The notes below the pieces were generated by a model. That model worked only from the letters and a program-made list of their open reading frames with translations, had not been told where the DNA came from and did no database searches. Source: an uncultured Spirochaetota bacterium (GTDB lineage: Bacteria > Spirochaetota > Spirochaetia > SZUA-6 > Fen-1364). From it: DNA of 64,000 nt. Positions 30,520-41,399 of the stretch are shown in pieces. Every line of letters starts with the position of its first letter. The first letter of the stretch is position 1. The DNA is taken from positions 64,001 to 128,000 of the forward strand of contig CAWJSK010000012.1 in the NCBI GenBank assembly GCA_963845535.1. The letters run 5' to 3'. The position numbers were made by a program, and so were the translations under genes.

Positions 30520-31427
30520 GGAACGCCATGTCCACGGCCCTTGCCTCTGACCAACAGAGCCTGATCCCCGGCCCGTTCCAGCTCACGCTCAGATACCTGC
30601 GTCGGAACAAGAGCCTGGCCATCGGAGTCTTTGTCGTTCTCCTTCTCACCGCGTTCACCGTGATCGGCCTGCTCACCATTGACGTGAGTCACGCGTATCC
30701 GCTTTCGGTGAAGCCGAAGCAGCCGCCGGGCGCGCAGTTCCTCCTGGGAACGGATTTTTTCGGCCGTGACCTCCTTGCGGAGATGGTGGTGGGCATGTGG
30801 CAGACCGCGCTGATCGGCGTCCTGGCGGGCGGCCTCGGCACCATCCTTGGGGTCATCCTCGGTTTCGTTTCCGCATATTTCGGCGGGCTCGTGGACGCGC
30901 TCATCAAGGGGACCTGCCAGATCCTGACTCCCATCCCGGTATTCCTGATCCAGGTGGTGATTGCCGGGTCCCTGGACAAACGGGACGTTACAATCTACAC
31001 GATGGCCTTCATTGTCCTGGCCCTGGGATGGATGTGGCCGACGCTGGTCATCCGTTCGCAGGTCCTCACAATGAAGGAAAGGCAGTTCGTTTCGGTGGCG
31101 AAGCTCTCCGGGCGGAACGACATGGGGATCATCTTCGCGGAGATCATGCCGAACCTGCTCCCTTTCATCGCGGCGGCATTCGTCGGACAGGTTTTCTCCG
31201 CCGTGTTCGCGTCGTTCTACCTCGCGGTGCTCGGCCTCGGACCGCTCCGCGAGCCTCTCCTGGGGAACATCATCTGGGCGGCCCAGTCGCAAGGGGCATT
31301 CTTCAACGGCTGGTGGTGGTGGCCCATCTGGCCCGCCATCGCCATGGTGCTCATCCTTGGCTCCCTGGCGCTCATCAACATGGGGCTGGACGAGCTGGCC
31401 AACCCTCGCGTAAGAAAGGTGGAGTGA
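30516..31427 (+). CDS. Opp/Dpp-type ABC permease (C)
   Basis: LLGTDFFGRD, EIMPNLL, NPR. Confidence 0.88.
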   Translation: MRNAMSTALASDQQSLIPGPFQLTLRYLRRNKSLAIGVFVVLLLTAFTVIGLLTIDVSHAYPLSVKPKQPPGAQFLLGTDFFGRDLLAEMVVGMWQTALIGVLAGGLGTILGVILGFVSAYFGGLVDALIKGTCQILTPIPVFLIQVVIAGSLDKRDVTIYTMAFIVLALGWMWPTLVIRSQVLTMKERQFVSVAKLSGRNDMGIIFAEIMPNLLPFIAAAFVGQVFSAVFASFYLAVLGLGPLREPLLGNIIWAAQSQGAFFNGWWWWPIWPAIAMVLILGSLALINMGLDELANPRVRKVE

Positions 31428-31430
31428 CCC

Positions 31431-32405
31431 GTGGCGGAAACCCCGGTCCTTGAAGTCACGGATCTCCGCGTTTCCTATTACACCGACGCGGGACGCGCCA
31501 TTGCCCTGGACGGCGCAAGCCTGACGCTGCAGCCCGGGGAAAAGCTCGGGCTGGTGGGTGAGTCGGGCTCCGGCAAGAGCACAATGGCGCTGGCAATGAT
31601 GCGCATGATCAAGCCGCCGGGACGCATCGAAAGCGGCCGGGTGGTCGTGGCGGGGACGGACCTCATGAGCCTGACCGAGGAGGAGATGCTGCGGGCCCGG
31701 CTGAGCAGGATCGCCTACATCCCCCAGGGGGCCATGAACTCCCTCAATCCCGTCATGCGTGTCGGGGCCCAGATGGTGGACGCCATCAAGGCTCATGAGC
31801 CGCGCAGCTCGAAAGCGGACAGGGAGGAGCGTTCCCGTCAGACCCTGGAGTCCGTGGACCTCACGCGGAGCGTCTTCGAGATGTACCCGCATGAGCTGAG
31901 CGGCGGGATGAAGCAGAGGGTTTGCATTGCCATCGACATATTGCTGAAGCCCAACCTCATCATTGCGGATGAGCCTACCAGCGCCCTGGACGTGGTCACG
32001 CAAAGGCAGGTGATGGAAACCATCAATCGCGTGCAGAAGCAGATCGGCGCGGCGGTCATCCTGATCGGACATGACATGGGGCTCATGGCCCAGTTCGTCG
32101 ACAAGGTTGCGGTCATGTACGCGGGAAGGCTGGTGGAGCTCTCCGGCGTCAGGGACATTTTCACCAACCCGCTTCACCCGTACGCCCAGGCCTTGATCTC
32201 CAGCCTGCCCCGGCTGGAAAACAAGGGCGTGTTCCAGGGAATCCCCGGCCTTGCGCCGTCCCTCCTGCGGCTGCCCGGTGGCTGCGCCTTCCACCCCCGG
32301 TGCCCCCGCGTCATGGAGAGGTGTCGGACGGACCGGCCTGACCTTCTGAGGCAGGCCGACGGCCGCGGCGTGGCCTGTCACCTGTATTCGAAAGGGACAA
32401 CCTGA
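31431..32405 (+). CDS. Opp/Dpp-type ABC ATPase (D)
   Basis: GESGSGKS, YPHELSGGMKQR, GCAFHPRC. Confidence 0.92.
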   Translation: MAETPVLEVTDLRVSYYTDAGRAIALDGASLTLQPGEKLGLVGESGSGKSTMALAMMRMIKPPGRIESGRVVVAGTDLMSLTEEEMLRARLSRIAYIPQGAMNSLNPVMRVGAQMVDAIKAHEPRSSKADREERSRQTLESVDLTRSVFEMYPHELSGGMKQRVCIAIDILLKPNLIIADEPTSALDVVTQRQVMETINRVQKQIGAAVILIGHDMGLMAQFVDKVAVMYAGRLVELSGVRDIFTNPLHPYAQALISSLPRLENKGVFQGIPGLAPSLLRLPGGCAFHPRCPRVMERCRTDRPDLLRQADGRGVACHLYSKGTT

Positions 32406-33415
32406 TGGCCGCCCTGATGGAGCTGAGAGGCGTCACGAAGGTTTATTCACGGGGCCTGGTGGCGCGAACCAGCACCGTCGCGCTCCGCGACGTGTCGCTC
32501 ACGCTGAACCAGGAGGAGCCCACCATCATGACCGTGGCGGGGGAAAGCGGGAGCGGCAAGACCACCCTGGCCATGCTTCTCCTGGGCTTCATCCCGCCCA
32601 CAAGCGGCGCCATCCTCTACAAGGGAAGGGATATCAGCAAGCTTTCGGGGAATGACAAGGTGACGTTTCGGCGGGAAGTCCAGGCGGTCTTCCAGGACCC
32701 GTTTGCGGTCTTCAACCCCTTCTATACGGTGGATCATCTCCTGTCGGTTCCCATCCGAAGGTTCCACCTGGCAAAAAACAGGAGCCAGGCGAGGGACAAG
32801 ATGGTGGAGGCGCTGACGGCAGTGGGACTTCACCCGGATGACGTTCTGGGAAGGTTCCCCCATCAGCTCTCCGGGGGACAGCGCCAGCGCATCAACGTTG
32901 CGCGGGCTCTTGTCCTCAGGCCGCGCCTTCTGGTTGCGGATGAGCCGGTATCCATGGTGGACGCCTCCTTGCGCGCAAGCATCCTCGAAACGCTGCGCGG
33001 CTTGCAAAGGGACTATGGCGTCTCCATTCTCTACATCACGCACGACCTGACCACCGCGTACCACATCTCGCGTTCCATCATCGTGCTGTACCGGGGTTCC
33101 GTCATGGAAGCGGGAGACACGGACAGCGTCATCACGCGGCCGCAGCATCCCTACACCCGGCTGCTGATCGACTCCATTCCCTGGCCGGACGTCGACCGCC
33201 GGTGGGGAGAGACCGAGATCAAGGCGAAGGAAGGGGAGGCCGGGGACCACGCCCCCGGCTGCAAGTTTGCGTCCCGCTGTCCTTTTGTCATGGACAAATG
33301 CAAGGTCACACCTCCGCTTTTCCGCCTTGCCGAGCATCACGCCGCATCCTGCTACCTGATGGAGAAGCACCCGACGCTGGAGTCGACGCGGCTGTCCGAG
33401 CTCCTGCCGATGTGA
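32405..33415 (+). CDS. Opp/Dpp-type ABC ATPase (F)
   Basis: GESGSGKT, FPHQLSGGQRQR, GCKFASRC. Confidence 0.92.
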   Translation: MAALMELRGVTKVYSRGLVARTSTVALRDVSLTLNQEEPTIMTVAGESGSGKTTLAMLLLGFIPPTSGAILYKGRDISKLSGNDKVTFRREVQAVFQDPFAVFNPFYTVDHLLSVPIRRFHLAKNRSQARDKMVEALTAVGLHPDDVLGRFPHQLSGGQRQRINVARALVLRPRLLVADEPVSMVDASLRASILETLRGLQRDYGVSILYITHDLTTAYHISRSIIVLYRGSVMEAGDTDSVITRPQHPYTRLLIDSIPWPDVDRRWGETEIKAKEGEAGDHAPGCKFASRCPFVMDKCKVTPPLFRLAEHHAASCYLMEKHPTLESTRLSELLPM

Positions 33416-33523
33416 CTGCCCGTCTGACGATCACGCTTGCGGGCACGCTTCGACCGCTTCGACCGCGCTCGTTGACCGCTGCATTCAAATGCGCAATACT
33501 CGGATCGGGTTGGAACGGAAGCA

Positions 33524-34477
33524 ATGGTTCCACGTTATTTCCAGAAAAGAGACGGTTTCAGAGGTGAAATCGCTTTCGTTCTTCCTCACGACGTGGTCAG
33601 GCTGTCGGCGCAGCACCCACTGACGCACTCCCTGCATGTCACCGACATCGGCTTCTACCCGGCGGCGAAATACCACTTTCGCGAACGAGATCGCGGCGCT
33701 CCCGTCGAAATCCTCATCCTGTGCACGGCCGGCACCGGATGGGTGCAGGTGCGAGACCTCAGGCTGACCGTCCATCGGGATGAAGCCGTCATTATTCCCC
33801 GTGACGTGCGTCACGCGTACGGCGCATCTTCTCATGATCCATGGACAATCTACTGGGGGCATTTTTCCGGAGACTGGTCGCGGTATTTCGTGAGCCGGTT
33901 GAAAGACCGCCATCTTGTCCTGCCGGTGAGTGAGACGGCGAGGAATCGGGCTGTCCAGACTTTCAACTCCATATTCGAGACTCTCCGACGTGGATACACG
34001 GCGGAAAACCTCATCAGCTCTGGGCTGGGATTTGCGGAGATACTCGGCGCGCTCATGTTCGCAAACGAGTCATTCCATCCGGACCTGGAAAATGACGCAA
34101 ACAGGCGCATCGATCTCACGATCCAGTACATGCTGTCCGCGATCGAGGAGAATCTGGACCTTCAGCAGCTTTCGGCAAAGGCGTGCCTCTCGGTTACGCA
34201 TTACTCAAAGCTGTTCAAGACGAAAACCGGCTTCTCGCCAATGGAGTACTTCACGCGGCTCAAGGTGCAGCATGCCTGCTATTATCTCGACTCCACAAAC
34301 TGGAAGGTGTACGCGGTCAGCGAGAAGCTCGGCTATGCTGATCCCTACTATTTCTCGAGGGTCTTTCATAAAGTGATGGGGATGTCACCGTACCAGTACA
34401 GGACCCGGCACCAGGGGCATGACATCGAAAGCCAGCCTGTGCGCGACGGGCGTGCTCGCGTCGAACACGGCGTTTGA
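33524..34477 (+). CDS. AraC-family regulator with cupin sensor domain
   Basis: PWTIYWGHF; GYADPYYFSRVFHKVMGMSP. Confidence 0.92.
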   Translation: MVPRYFQKRDGFRGEIAFVLPHDVVRLSAQHPLTHSLHVTDIGFYPAAKYHFRERDRGAPVEILILCTAGTGWVQVRDLRLTVHRDEAVIIPRDVRHAYGASSHDPWTIYWGHFSGDWSRYFVSRLKDRHLVLPVSETARNRAVQTFNSIFETLRRGYTAENLISSGLGFAEILGALMFANESFHPDLENDANRRIDLTIQYMLSAIEENLDLQQLSAKACLSVTHYSKLFKTKTGFSPMEYFTRLKVQHACYYLDSTNWKVYAVSEKLGYADPYYFSRVFHKVMGMSPYQYRTRHQGHDIESQPVRDGRARVEHGV

Positions 34478-34523
34478 GCGCGGATTCAAGGAGTCATGTG
34501 AGATAAACCCTGGAAGGCGCTCA

Positions 34524-35114
34524 TCAATCTTTGACGGGTCCGCCCATCTGAGCCAGCCGCTTCCTGATCGAATCCTGAGCAGCTTGGTCGTGGTCTCCCA
34601 GCTTTGTCAGCAACCATGACAAAGCTTCCTTCTCCGTGGGGTTCCCAACTCTGCGGATGGTGATCACATTCGCCAGAATGATAATAGCAGTGCTGCCCAT
34701 GGTCGTGGGAGTCTTTTCCAAAGCGGCATCGAGTTTGAAAGCGCCAAGGAAAAGAACATTCCCTTGGGCAGAAAGGTAAAGACTCTTCTCGTCGTGGGGC
34801 GAGTCCAGTTTGGTCATTGAGCTTCTGTCTGAAGGGTCATAAACGGAAATCCGTTCAACACGAAATGTCCCAAACGGCAGATGGCCCCAGAAGTATCCGT
34901 CCGCGCCAAAAGCCAAGTCCCAAAGTCCGCCTCGCGGGTCCGTTTGTCGAAGCTCCACGCTCCCGAGATGGCGATGGAGAAGCACCGAAGCGTCAACGAA
35001 TCCCACCACGACTGAGTTGTCGACCTGTCGGGGCTTTTCCCTTTGGGTCGAGGCGCAGCCCCCGACGCCAAGAATCAAAGATGTCAGCAGTAGTAATAAG
35101 GAGAGCTTCTTCAA
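34524..35114 (-). CDS. hypothetical lipoprotein
   Basis: MKK-hydrophobic-LGVGGC lipobox; TTG start. Confidence 0.6.
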   Translation of the reverse strand: MKKLSLLLLLTSLILGVGGCASTQREKPRQVDNSVVVGFVDASVLLHRHLGSVELRQTDPRGGLWDLAFGADGYFWGHLPFGTFRVERISVYDPSDRSSMTKLDSPHDEKSLYLSAQGNVLFLGAFKLDAALEKTPTTMGSTAIIILANVITIRRVGNPTEKEALSWLLTKLGDHDQAAQDSIRKRLAQMGGPVKD

Positions 35115-35501
35115 CTCATTTCCTCGAAGAACGCCCAGCCGACCGACGGGAGGCGCCTCCTCTTTCTTGCAAACGCCTTTTGGTCCTGCTGGAGGAGAAG
35201 CTTCGCTATTGACTTGTCTGCGGGATCTGTTTTTTTTCGTTGCAAAACCTCCGCCACATCAATGCTGGCTGGACGGAAAGGGGTTGTCAATCGCCGCTAC
35301 GGACGAGACTATGCTCGAGATGGACAGCGCTCGCCTTTCGGGCACGAACACTCACTTTCGCGCCCCGCGCGAGGGTCGCTCTCAGTATGTCTCGTCGTCG
35401 ATACGACGAGGAAAGAAGTCAAACTGCCTCAGCAGCCCTTAGTCTCCTTTGAGTTGACGGTTGTATATGCTCATCGTATACATGATCTGGGATGAGCACA
35501 C

Positions 35502-38000
35502 GTGAGCGACTACCAAAATAGCGACAAAAGACGTCGAATACTCGCCGAACAGATCGCTCACGAAGAACAACGCATCTCGGAAATCCATGCCGAACTCGAA
35601 AGACGACGTGCCCATGTTTCCTCTTTCAAAGAACAACTGGCAGCCATCAAGCCAAGACCCGACGAACCGGCGGCTGTTGACGAACGCGCTACAACCAGAG
35701 CGACAAATCTTTCAAGCGAAGCAAAAGTGCAACTGTTTCGTTCGCTATTTCGCGGCCGAGAGGACGTTTTCGCGCGTCGTTGGGAAAGCCGCAGGACAGG
35801 AAAGGCCGGCTATTCGCCGGCCTGCGCAAACGAATGGGATCCGGTGCTTTGTGGAAAAGGAAGAGGTCCAGAAAGCATCCGAAAAGCAAACTGCCTCGAA
35901 TGCTGTGAGCACGCGTTCTTTCGAGTCACTGATGGGGAGATCGAGAAGCATCTGAAAGGCGTTCAAGTCTTGGGGATATATCCGCTTCTTGTCGACGAGA
36001 CGTGCTGGTTTCTGGCCGCAGACTTCGACGATGGCGCGTGGGAGGACGATGTCGCTTCGTTCCGTGAAACGTGTCGTTCACACGACGTTCCCGTTGCGAT
36101 CGAGCGATCACGTTCGGGTGGCGGCGCGCATGCTTGGCTCTTCTTCTCCGAACCCGTCCCCTCCAGCCTCGCGAGGAGTTTGGGGTGTTTCCTGATAACC
36201 GAATCCATGGCTCGTCGCCACCAACTTTCGATGTCGTCCTATGATCGGCTTTTCCCAAACCAGGATACGCTCCCCAAAGGTGGCTTCGGCAACCTCATTG
36301 CTCTTCCCCTTCAACGGGAAGCGAGGGCGAAAGGCAATTCGGTATTCGTTGATGCACTATTCACTCCCTACGAAGACCAGTGGGCCTTTTTGTCGAGTAT
36401 CCAGCGTATCGATTTGAATCGTGTTCGAGAAATCGTTCAAGAAGCCGGCCGTCGCGGCCAGGTGATGGGTCTGCGAATGGTCGATACCGAGGAGGAATCC
36501 GATCCCGCTCCATGGAAACGGCCTCCATCGGGATACGCGGAAAGGGTATCAATGAACGAGACCCTTCCCCGCGAAGTGCACGCTGTCATTTCTCAACGCT
36601 TATTTCTTGAACGAAACGGCCTTCCCTCTCCGCTTCTGAATCAAATCAAACGCCTGGCTGCCTTCCAGAATCCAGAGTTCTACAAAAGGCAGAGCATGAG
36701 GCTTTCCACTGCACTTACTCCCAGGGTTATTGCATGTGCTGAAGAGCTTTCCGAGCACATCGCTTTACCTCGTGGGTGCTGGCCCGACGTTGAGGCTCTG
36801 TTGAACGCATATGGCATTGCCCTTTCGGTCGTAGACAAGCGCGAGGAGGGCGCAGCGCTCGATTGCTCCTTCACGGGTACTCTCACCTCGAGTCAGGAGC
36901 GAGCCGCAAAGGCTCTCTTGGCTCGCGACATAGGCGTCCTGGTGGCACCTCCCGGGACTGGCAAGACCGTCGTAGGGATTTTTCTGATCACCATGCGGCA
37001 TCGAAACACGCTCGTTCTTGTTCACCGCAAGCCTCTCCTCGATCAATGGGTCGCACAACTTGCGTTGTTCCTTGGCAAAGAACCGAAAGAAATCGGCCAA
37101 ATCGGCTCTGGGAAAAACAGACCTACCGGCGAGGTCGACGTTGCGATGATTCAGAGCCTGATTCGCCTTGGCCGTGTAGCCGACCTTGTGGCTGGCTATG
37201 GACACATTATCGTGGATGAATGCCACCACGTTCCTGCCGTTTCGTTCGAGCGCGTCCTCTCAGAAGTGAAAGCCAGGTTTATCACGGGACTCACTGCAAC
37301 TCCGCGCCGCCGGGACGGTCAGCAGCCTATCCTTCATATGCAACTCGGTCCTGTGCGGTTCGCTGTCGATTCCCGAAACAAGAACGTGCAGCGCCCATTT
37401 GTTCAATCTCTCGTTGTCCGCGAGACCGAGTTCGCGATTAAAGAGCAGGCCGAACGAACCACTATCCAGAGGCTCTATTCGAGGCTGGCCGCCGATCAGG
37501 CGCGCAATCGTCTCATCTGCAAGGATGTGATCCAAGCCCTTGAAGACAGACGCTCCCCGATCGTGCTCACGGAGAGGCGCGACCATCTAGAAATGCTGGC
37601 TGATAGGCTGCGTGAGCACGTTCCGGATCTGGTCGTGCTCCATGGGAAAATGAAGACTTCGGCGCGTCGTGAAGCGCTTGCACACTTCGCCACGGTACCC
37701 GACGGCAAACCGCGCCTTCTCCTTGCGACAGGGCGATACATCGGCGAGGGATTCGACGACGCACGATTGGATACCTTGTTTCTTGCCTTGCCGGTGTCGT
37801 GGAAAGGGACGCTGATTCAGTACTCGGGCCGTCTCCATCGCCTGCATGCCGGCAAGACAGAAGTTCGGATATACGACTACGTGGACCGAAAAGTTCCAAT
37901 GCTTCTTCGCATGTTTGAAAAGCGTGTCCGTGGCTATCGGGCAATGGGGTACATTCGTGAAAAGAACGATCGTGAGACAGGGGAGTTATATGAGGCATAG
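35502..38000 (+). CDS. archaeo-eukaryotic primase (TOTE-type AEP) fused to SF2 DExH helicase
   Basis: FLAADFDD, SRSGGGAHAW, GNLIALP, Cys cluster; APPGTGKT, DECHH, TATP, QYSGRLHR. Confidence 0.8.
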   Translation: MSDYQNSDKRRRILAEQIAHEEQRISEIHAELERRRAHVSSFKEQLAAIKPRPDEPAAVDERATTRATNLSSEAKVQLFRSLFRGREDVFARRWESRRTGKAGYSPACANEWDPVLCGKGRGPESIRKANCLECCEHAFFRVTDGEIEKHLKGVQVLGIYPLLVDETCWFLAADFDDGAWEDDVASFRETCRSHDVPVAIERSRSGGGAHAWLFFSEPVPSSLARSLGCFLITESMARRHQLSMSSYDRLFPNQDTLPKGGFGNLIALPLQREARAKGNSVFVDALFTPYEDQWAFLSSIQRIDLNRVREIVQEAGRRGQVMGLRMVDTEEESDPAPWKRPPSGYAERVSMNETLPREVHAVISQRLFLERNGLPSPLLNQIKRLAAFQNPEFYKRQSMRLSTALTPRVIACAEELSEHIALPRGCWPDVEALLNAYGIALSVVDKREEGAALDCSFTGTLTSSQERAAKALLARDIGVLVAPPGTGKTVVGIFLITMRHRNTLVLVHRKPLLDQWVAQLALFLGKEPKEIGQIGSGKNRPTGEVDVAMIQSLIRLGRVADLVAGYGHIIVDECHHVPAVSFERVLSEVKARFITGLTATPRRRDGQQPILHMQLGPVRFAVDSRNKNVQRPFVQSLVVRETEFAIKEQAERTTIQRLYSRLAADQARNRLICKDVIQALEDRRSPIVLTERRDHLEMLADRLREHVPDLVVLHGKMKTSARREALAHFATVPDGKPRLLLATGRYIGEGFDDARLDTLFLALPVSWKGTLIQYSGRLHRLHAGKTEVRIYDYVDRKVPMLLRMFEKRVRGYRAMGYIREKNDRETGELYEA

Positions 38001-38269
38001 ACAACGGAGGCCGAGCCGCCGCGGTTCAACTGCCTCCCCCTCACGGCTCTATGGTGCTTGGCATCCAGGTCCGGCAGCCGAGCACCGTTAGGTCGGATGT
38101 TCAAGTCATCTCTGGGGCAAAGTAACTCCCGGCAAGGGCGCCTACCTCTTCGGATCCGATGAGCTAACCCAGAAGCAGAGACTCGAAGGGGCACCACGAT
38201 GATCCGCGAGCTGACCGCGTGAGTCTCTGCACAGGCACAGGCCAATACGCCAAGTCGAGCCTCAGGATG

Positions 38270-38368
38270 AAGGTCGGGCTGGGGGCGCCCACGGCAACGA
38301 TCGCAAAGGAGGCAGGAGTCTCTAATGGGTCACTATTCACCTACTTCGAGACAAAAGCCGACTTATTC
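38270..38368 (+). pseudogene. TetR HTH remnant
   Basis: GLGAPTATIAKEAGVSNGSLFTYFETKADL, then similarity ends. Confidence 0.7.
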
Positions 38369-38381
38369 CTGATCAATTCAT

Positions 38382-38513
38382 CCGGTCAAGACCGGCATCT
38401 ACTACGGCGAGCGCGGGCAGTCGAAGCAGGGCTCCGCGCTCGTGCGGGACCCGACGTTTCAAGACCGCGTCGCCGCCGAGACGCGTGCCTTACTGGCGAC
38501 GATCAGTCAATAG
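38382..38513 (+). pseudogene. probable SDR C-terminal remnant
   Basis: TGIYYGERG..GSALVRDPTFQDRVAAETRALL* in a different frame from the TetR piece. Confidence 0.45.
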
Positions 38514-39387
38514 GTTCCGTGCTCTATGTCCTCTAGCAAACTTCGATGGACGGGAGTCCAATTCAGCCGTTCGCGGGTCAGCCTGGTGGAGACCAGGTTG
38601 TCAAACCCGACGAACATTCCCAAAAACTCGAAGTGTTCGGCGGCCTTTTCCGCTGGAATCGAGACGGCGGGAACACCCACTTTCCGGCCGATGGCCTCGG
38701 CGATCTGGAGGAACGGTATCCCCTCATCGCCGGCGGCATGGTACCGGGAACCCGCCTCGCCTTTTTCCAAGGCCTTGACGAAGATCGACACGGCATCCAT
38801 TCGATGTACCGCGGGCCAACGGTTGAGACCGTCGCCGACGTAGCCGGAGACGCCCTTTCGACGGGCGAGGTCGATCAGCCGGACCGTGAAGCCGTGCGGT
38901 CGCCTTCTCCGTGGACCAGGGGAGACAGGCGGACTACCGCGCTCCGGACGCCTCGCGCGGCCATGTCCACCACGATCATCTCTGTGGCGCCCCGGGGGTT
39001 TTGACTGGAAGCGACGGTGTCCTCGGTAGCCCCAGGCTGCCCGGCGACCATAAGGGTTCCCGAAGCGATCACGAGAGCCCGGTGGGACCCTTCCAGAGCG
39101 GCACCCATGGTCTCGATCGCGCGGCGGTCGGTCTCGACCGAAGCCATGAAATTCGAAAAATCGTGGATAAACGCCGTGTGCATTACGCCGTCGGAGAGCT
39201 GGGCTCCCCGTTTCAACGATTCCAGATCCTCGAGGCTCCCGCGGTGGACTTCAACCCCCGCCGTTCGGAGTTTCTCCGCCGCCGCGTCGGAACGGGCGAG
39301 GCCGAGTACCCTGTGTCCCGCACTCTGAAGCTCGCGAACGATTCCGGACCCGATGAATCCCGTGGCTCCCGTGACGAAAACTCTCAT
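38507..39387 (-). pseudogene. extended SDR/NAD-dependent epimerase-dehydratase, frameshifted near 38897
   Basis: [51 protein letters not shown] continues in another frame. Confidence 0.8.
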
Positions 39388-40427
39388 GATCTGTCCTCCT
39401 TGCGGCCACACTGGACAACGATTTTCCCTACGTTATTGATCCCTCCCAGAAAGGCTTCGAACGCCCCCTGCAATGGCTGAGGAGCAAAAGGCACGATCTG
39501 CGTCACCACCGGCTTCAGCTTTCCCTCTTCATACCACACCAGCGCCTGCTTCATGCCGGCCACGAGCTTGTCGGATTGCGCGATATAAACCGGGTCGGTA
39601 CTGTATCGACCGCAGTCCGCGATCATCAGATTCGCCCCGCGGCGTTCAACAACGGATGTCATGTCTCCGATGCCGAAGGCCGTGAGTTGCATCGGGGTAC
39701 CAAGCCGGATGTATTCGCCCCTGGACGCCACAACCGCCGCCGATACCTTGTAAGAACCCTGGGAATAGGTCGAGTCGTAGACGACGTCCGCACCCCGTCC
39801 ACCGGTGAGGTTCATGATCTCACGTACGAGATCCTGCCCGGAGTAATCGACGATGTGGTCGACGTGAAGTCGCCCGAGAAGATCGAGAGATGCCGCCTTG
39901 CCGGCGCTGCCAATGACCTTCAGTCCATGGAGCTTGGCAATCTGCACTGCAAAGTGGCCCACACCGCCGGCGGCACCAGCAATGTAGATGGTTTTTCCTT
40001 GGTGTCGCCGGATGTTGCCGGTGATGACCAGGGACTCGTATGCGGTCAGAAAAGCAACTCCAAAAGTGCTGGCCTCCTGGGCCGGCACGGCTCCCCGAAG
40101 CAGCAGGTTGCCTTTCTTTGCGACAAGGTACTCGGCAAAACAACCGCCGGCACCCGTATTCCCGAAGACTTGATCTCCCACCTTGAGCCCACCTTCGCTT
40201 CCCACCTGGATGACCTCGCCGCTGAAGTCGAAGCCCAGGACGTAGGGCGCGGGAAGTTGGAAACGATTCACGTTGGCCATCATCGGGTCCATCTTGTTGA
40301 TGGACGCGTAGTCGACACGGACGAGCAGCTCGTCTTTGTTGAGGGACTCAATGGTTTTTCTTACCAGGCTTACTGGGGAACCCGGTTGCTCAATCGCGAG
40401 AGCGTTGAAAGAAAGCGGAAAGGTCAT
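39384..40427 (-). CDS. MDR quinone oxidoreductase-like dehydrogenase
   Basis: [27 protein letters not shown]. Confidence 0.85.
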   Translation of the reverse strand: MTFPLSFNALAIEQPGSPVSLVRKTIESLNKDELLVRVDYASINKMDPMMANVNRFQLPAPYVLGFDFSGEVIQVGSEGGLKVGDQVFGNTGAGGCFAEYLVAKKGNLLLRGAVPAQEASTFGVAFLTAYESLVITGNIRRHQGKTIYIAGAAGGVGHFAVQIAKLHGLKVIGSAGKAASLDLLGRLHVDHIVDYSGQDLVREIMNLTGGRGADVVYDSTYSQGSYKVSAAVVASRGEYIRLGTPMQLTAFGIGDMTSVVERRGANLMIADCGRYSTDPVYIAQSDKLVAGMKQALVWYEEGKLKPVVTQIVPFAPQPLQGAFEAFLGGINNVGKIVVQCGRKEDRS

Positions 40428-40525
40428 GTCTCCTTCTCTTGTCTTGATTCGTACCGAGTCCTAATTTAGAGTCTCCCGGAACGACGGAAAAGACGTGACC
40501 TTATCGTAGGAGCAGGACTAACAGG

Positions 40526-41365
40526 ATGCCCAGGAACCACGATGACAATGCCCTGGGGAATTTTCTCAGGGACCGGCGCCGCAGGATCGACCCGGCCAGC
40601 CTCGGCTTCCCCACGACACGCCGGCGCACTCCCGGCCTGCGTCGGGAGGAGGTGGCCCTGCTGACCAACGTGAGCCCTGCCTGGTACACCTGGATCGAGC
40701 AGGGACGGGGCGGTACTCCTTCGACCGACGTCCTCGACCGGCTGGCACGGGGCCTGCGCCTAAGCGAAGCCGAGCGGGAGCACCTCTACCTGCTCGCCCA
40801 GAATCGGCCCCCCGAGGTTGTCCCCCGGGAACCCGAGGTGGTGGGTCCTGGGCTGCAGCACATCCTCGATTCGCTCGAGCTGAGCCCTGCGGCCATCCGC
40901 ACCTCCGCCTGGGACGTGTTGGCCGCCAACCTGGCTGCCCGGGTCATTTTTGGCCCAGGGAAGGTGGTACCTGATCGGTACAACATCCTGGAGAACTTCT
41001 TCGCCGGGGCCGACCAGAGGGGCAAGGACCTCGAACCGGCTTGGGCGGCGGTGGCCCGCACCGTGGTGGCCCAATTCAGGACCGAGGCCTTTCAGGCCGG
41101 CTTCGGACCTCGTGCTCAGGAAGTGGTCGAAGGCCTGGTCGGCAGCTCCCCTGAGTTCCAGCGACTGTGGAGCGGACTCGATGTGGGGCTTCACTTCGAG
41201 CCGATAAAGACCTTCGTTCTGCCTGGTCGGGGGCCCCTGACCTTCGAGTTAGCGACTTTTTCGGTCGACGGGCATCCCGGACTGAAGCTGGTGATCTTTA
41301 CTCCGGCAAACCACGAAGACCGGCTCCGGGTAAAACAGTTGTTGGACGAGTCAAAGGCAAGATAA
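40526..41365 (+). CDS. XRE/MmyB-like transcriptional regulator
   Basis: RRRTPGLRREEVA, WYTWIEQGR. Confidence 0.9.
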   Translation: MPRNHDDNALGNFLRDRRRRIDPASLGFPTTRRRTPGLRREEVALLTNVSPAWYTWIEQGRGGTPSTDVLDRLARGLRLSEAEREHLYLLAQNRPPEVVPREPEVVGPGLQHILDSLELSPAAIRTSAWDVLAANLAARVIFGPGKVVPDRYNILENFFAGADQRGKDLEPAWAAVARTVVAQFRTEAFQAGFGPRAQEVVEGLVGSSPEFQRLWSGLDVGLHFEPIKTFVLPGRGPLTFELATFSVDGHPGLKLVIFTPANHEDRLRVKQLLDESKAR

Positions 41366-41399
41366 GCGACTGCGCCCCGATCGTTCACCAGATTTCCCC

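Noticed and set aside
33450..33480. TCGACCGC/TTGACCGC triplet upstream of araC
   Set aside because: Short, GC-rich and irregularly spaced.
38001..38093. Possible attC site (GTTCAAC...GTTAGGT) after the primase-helicase
   Set aside because: The boxes pair only at AAC/GTT, there is no convincing inner stem, and no integrase or second site is present.
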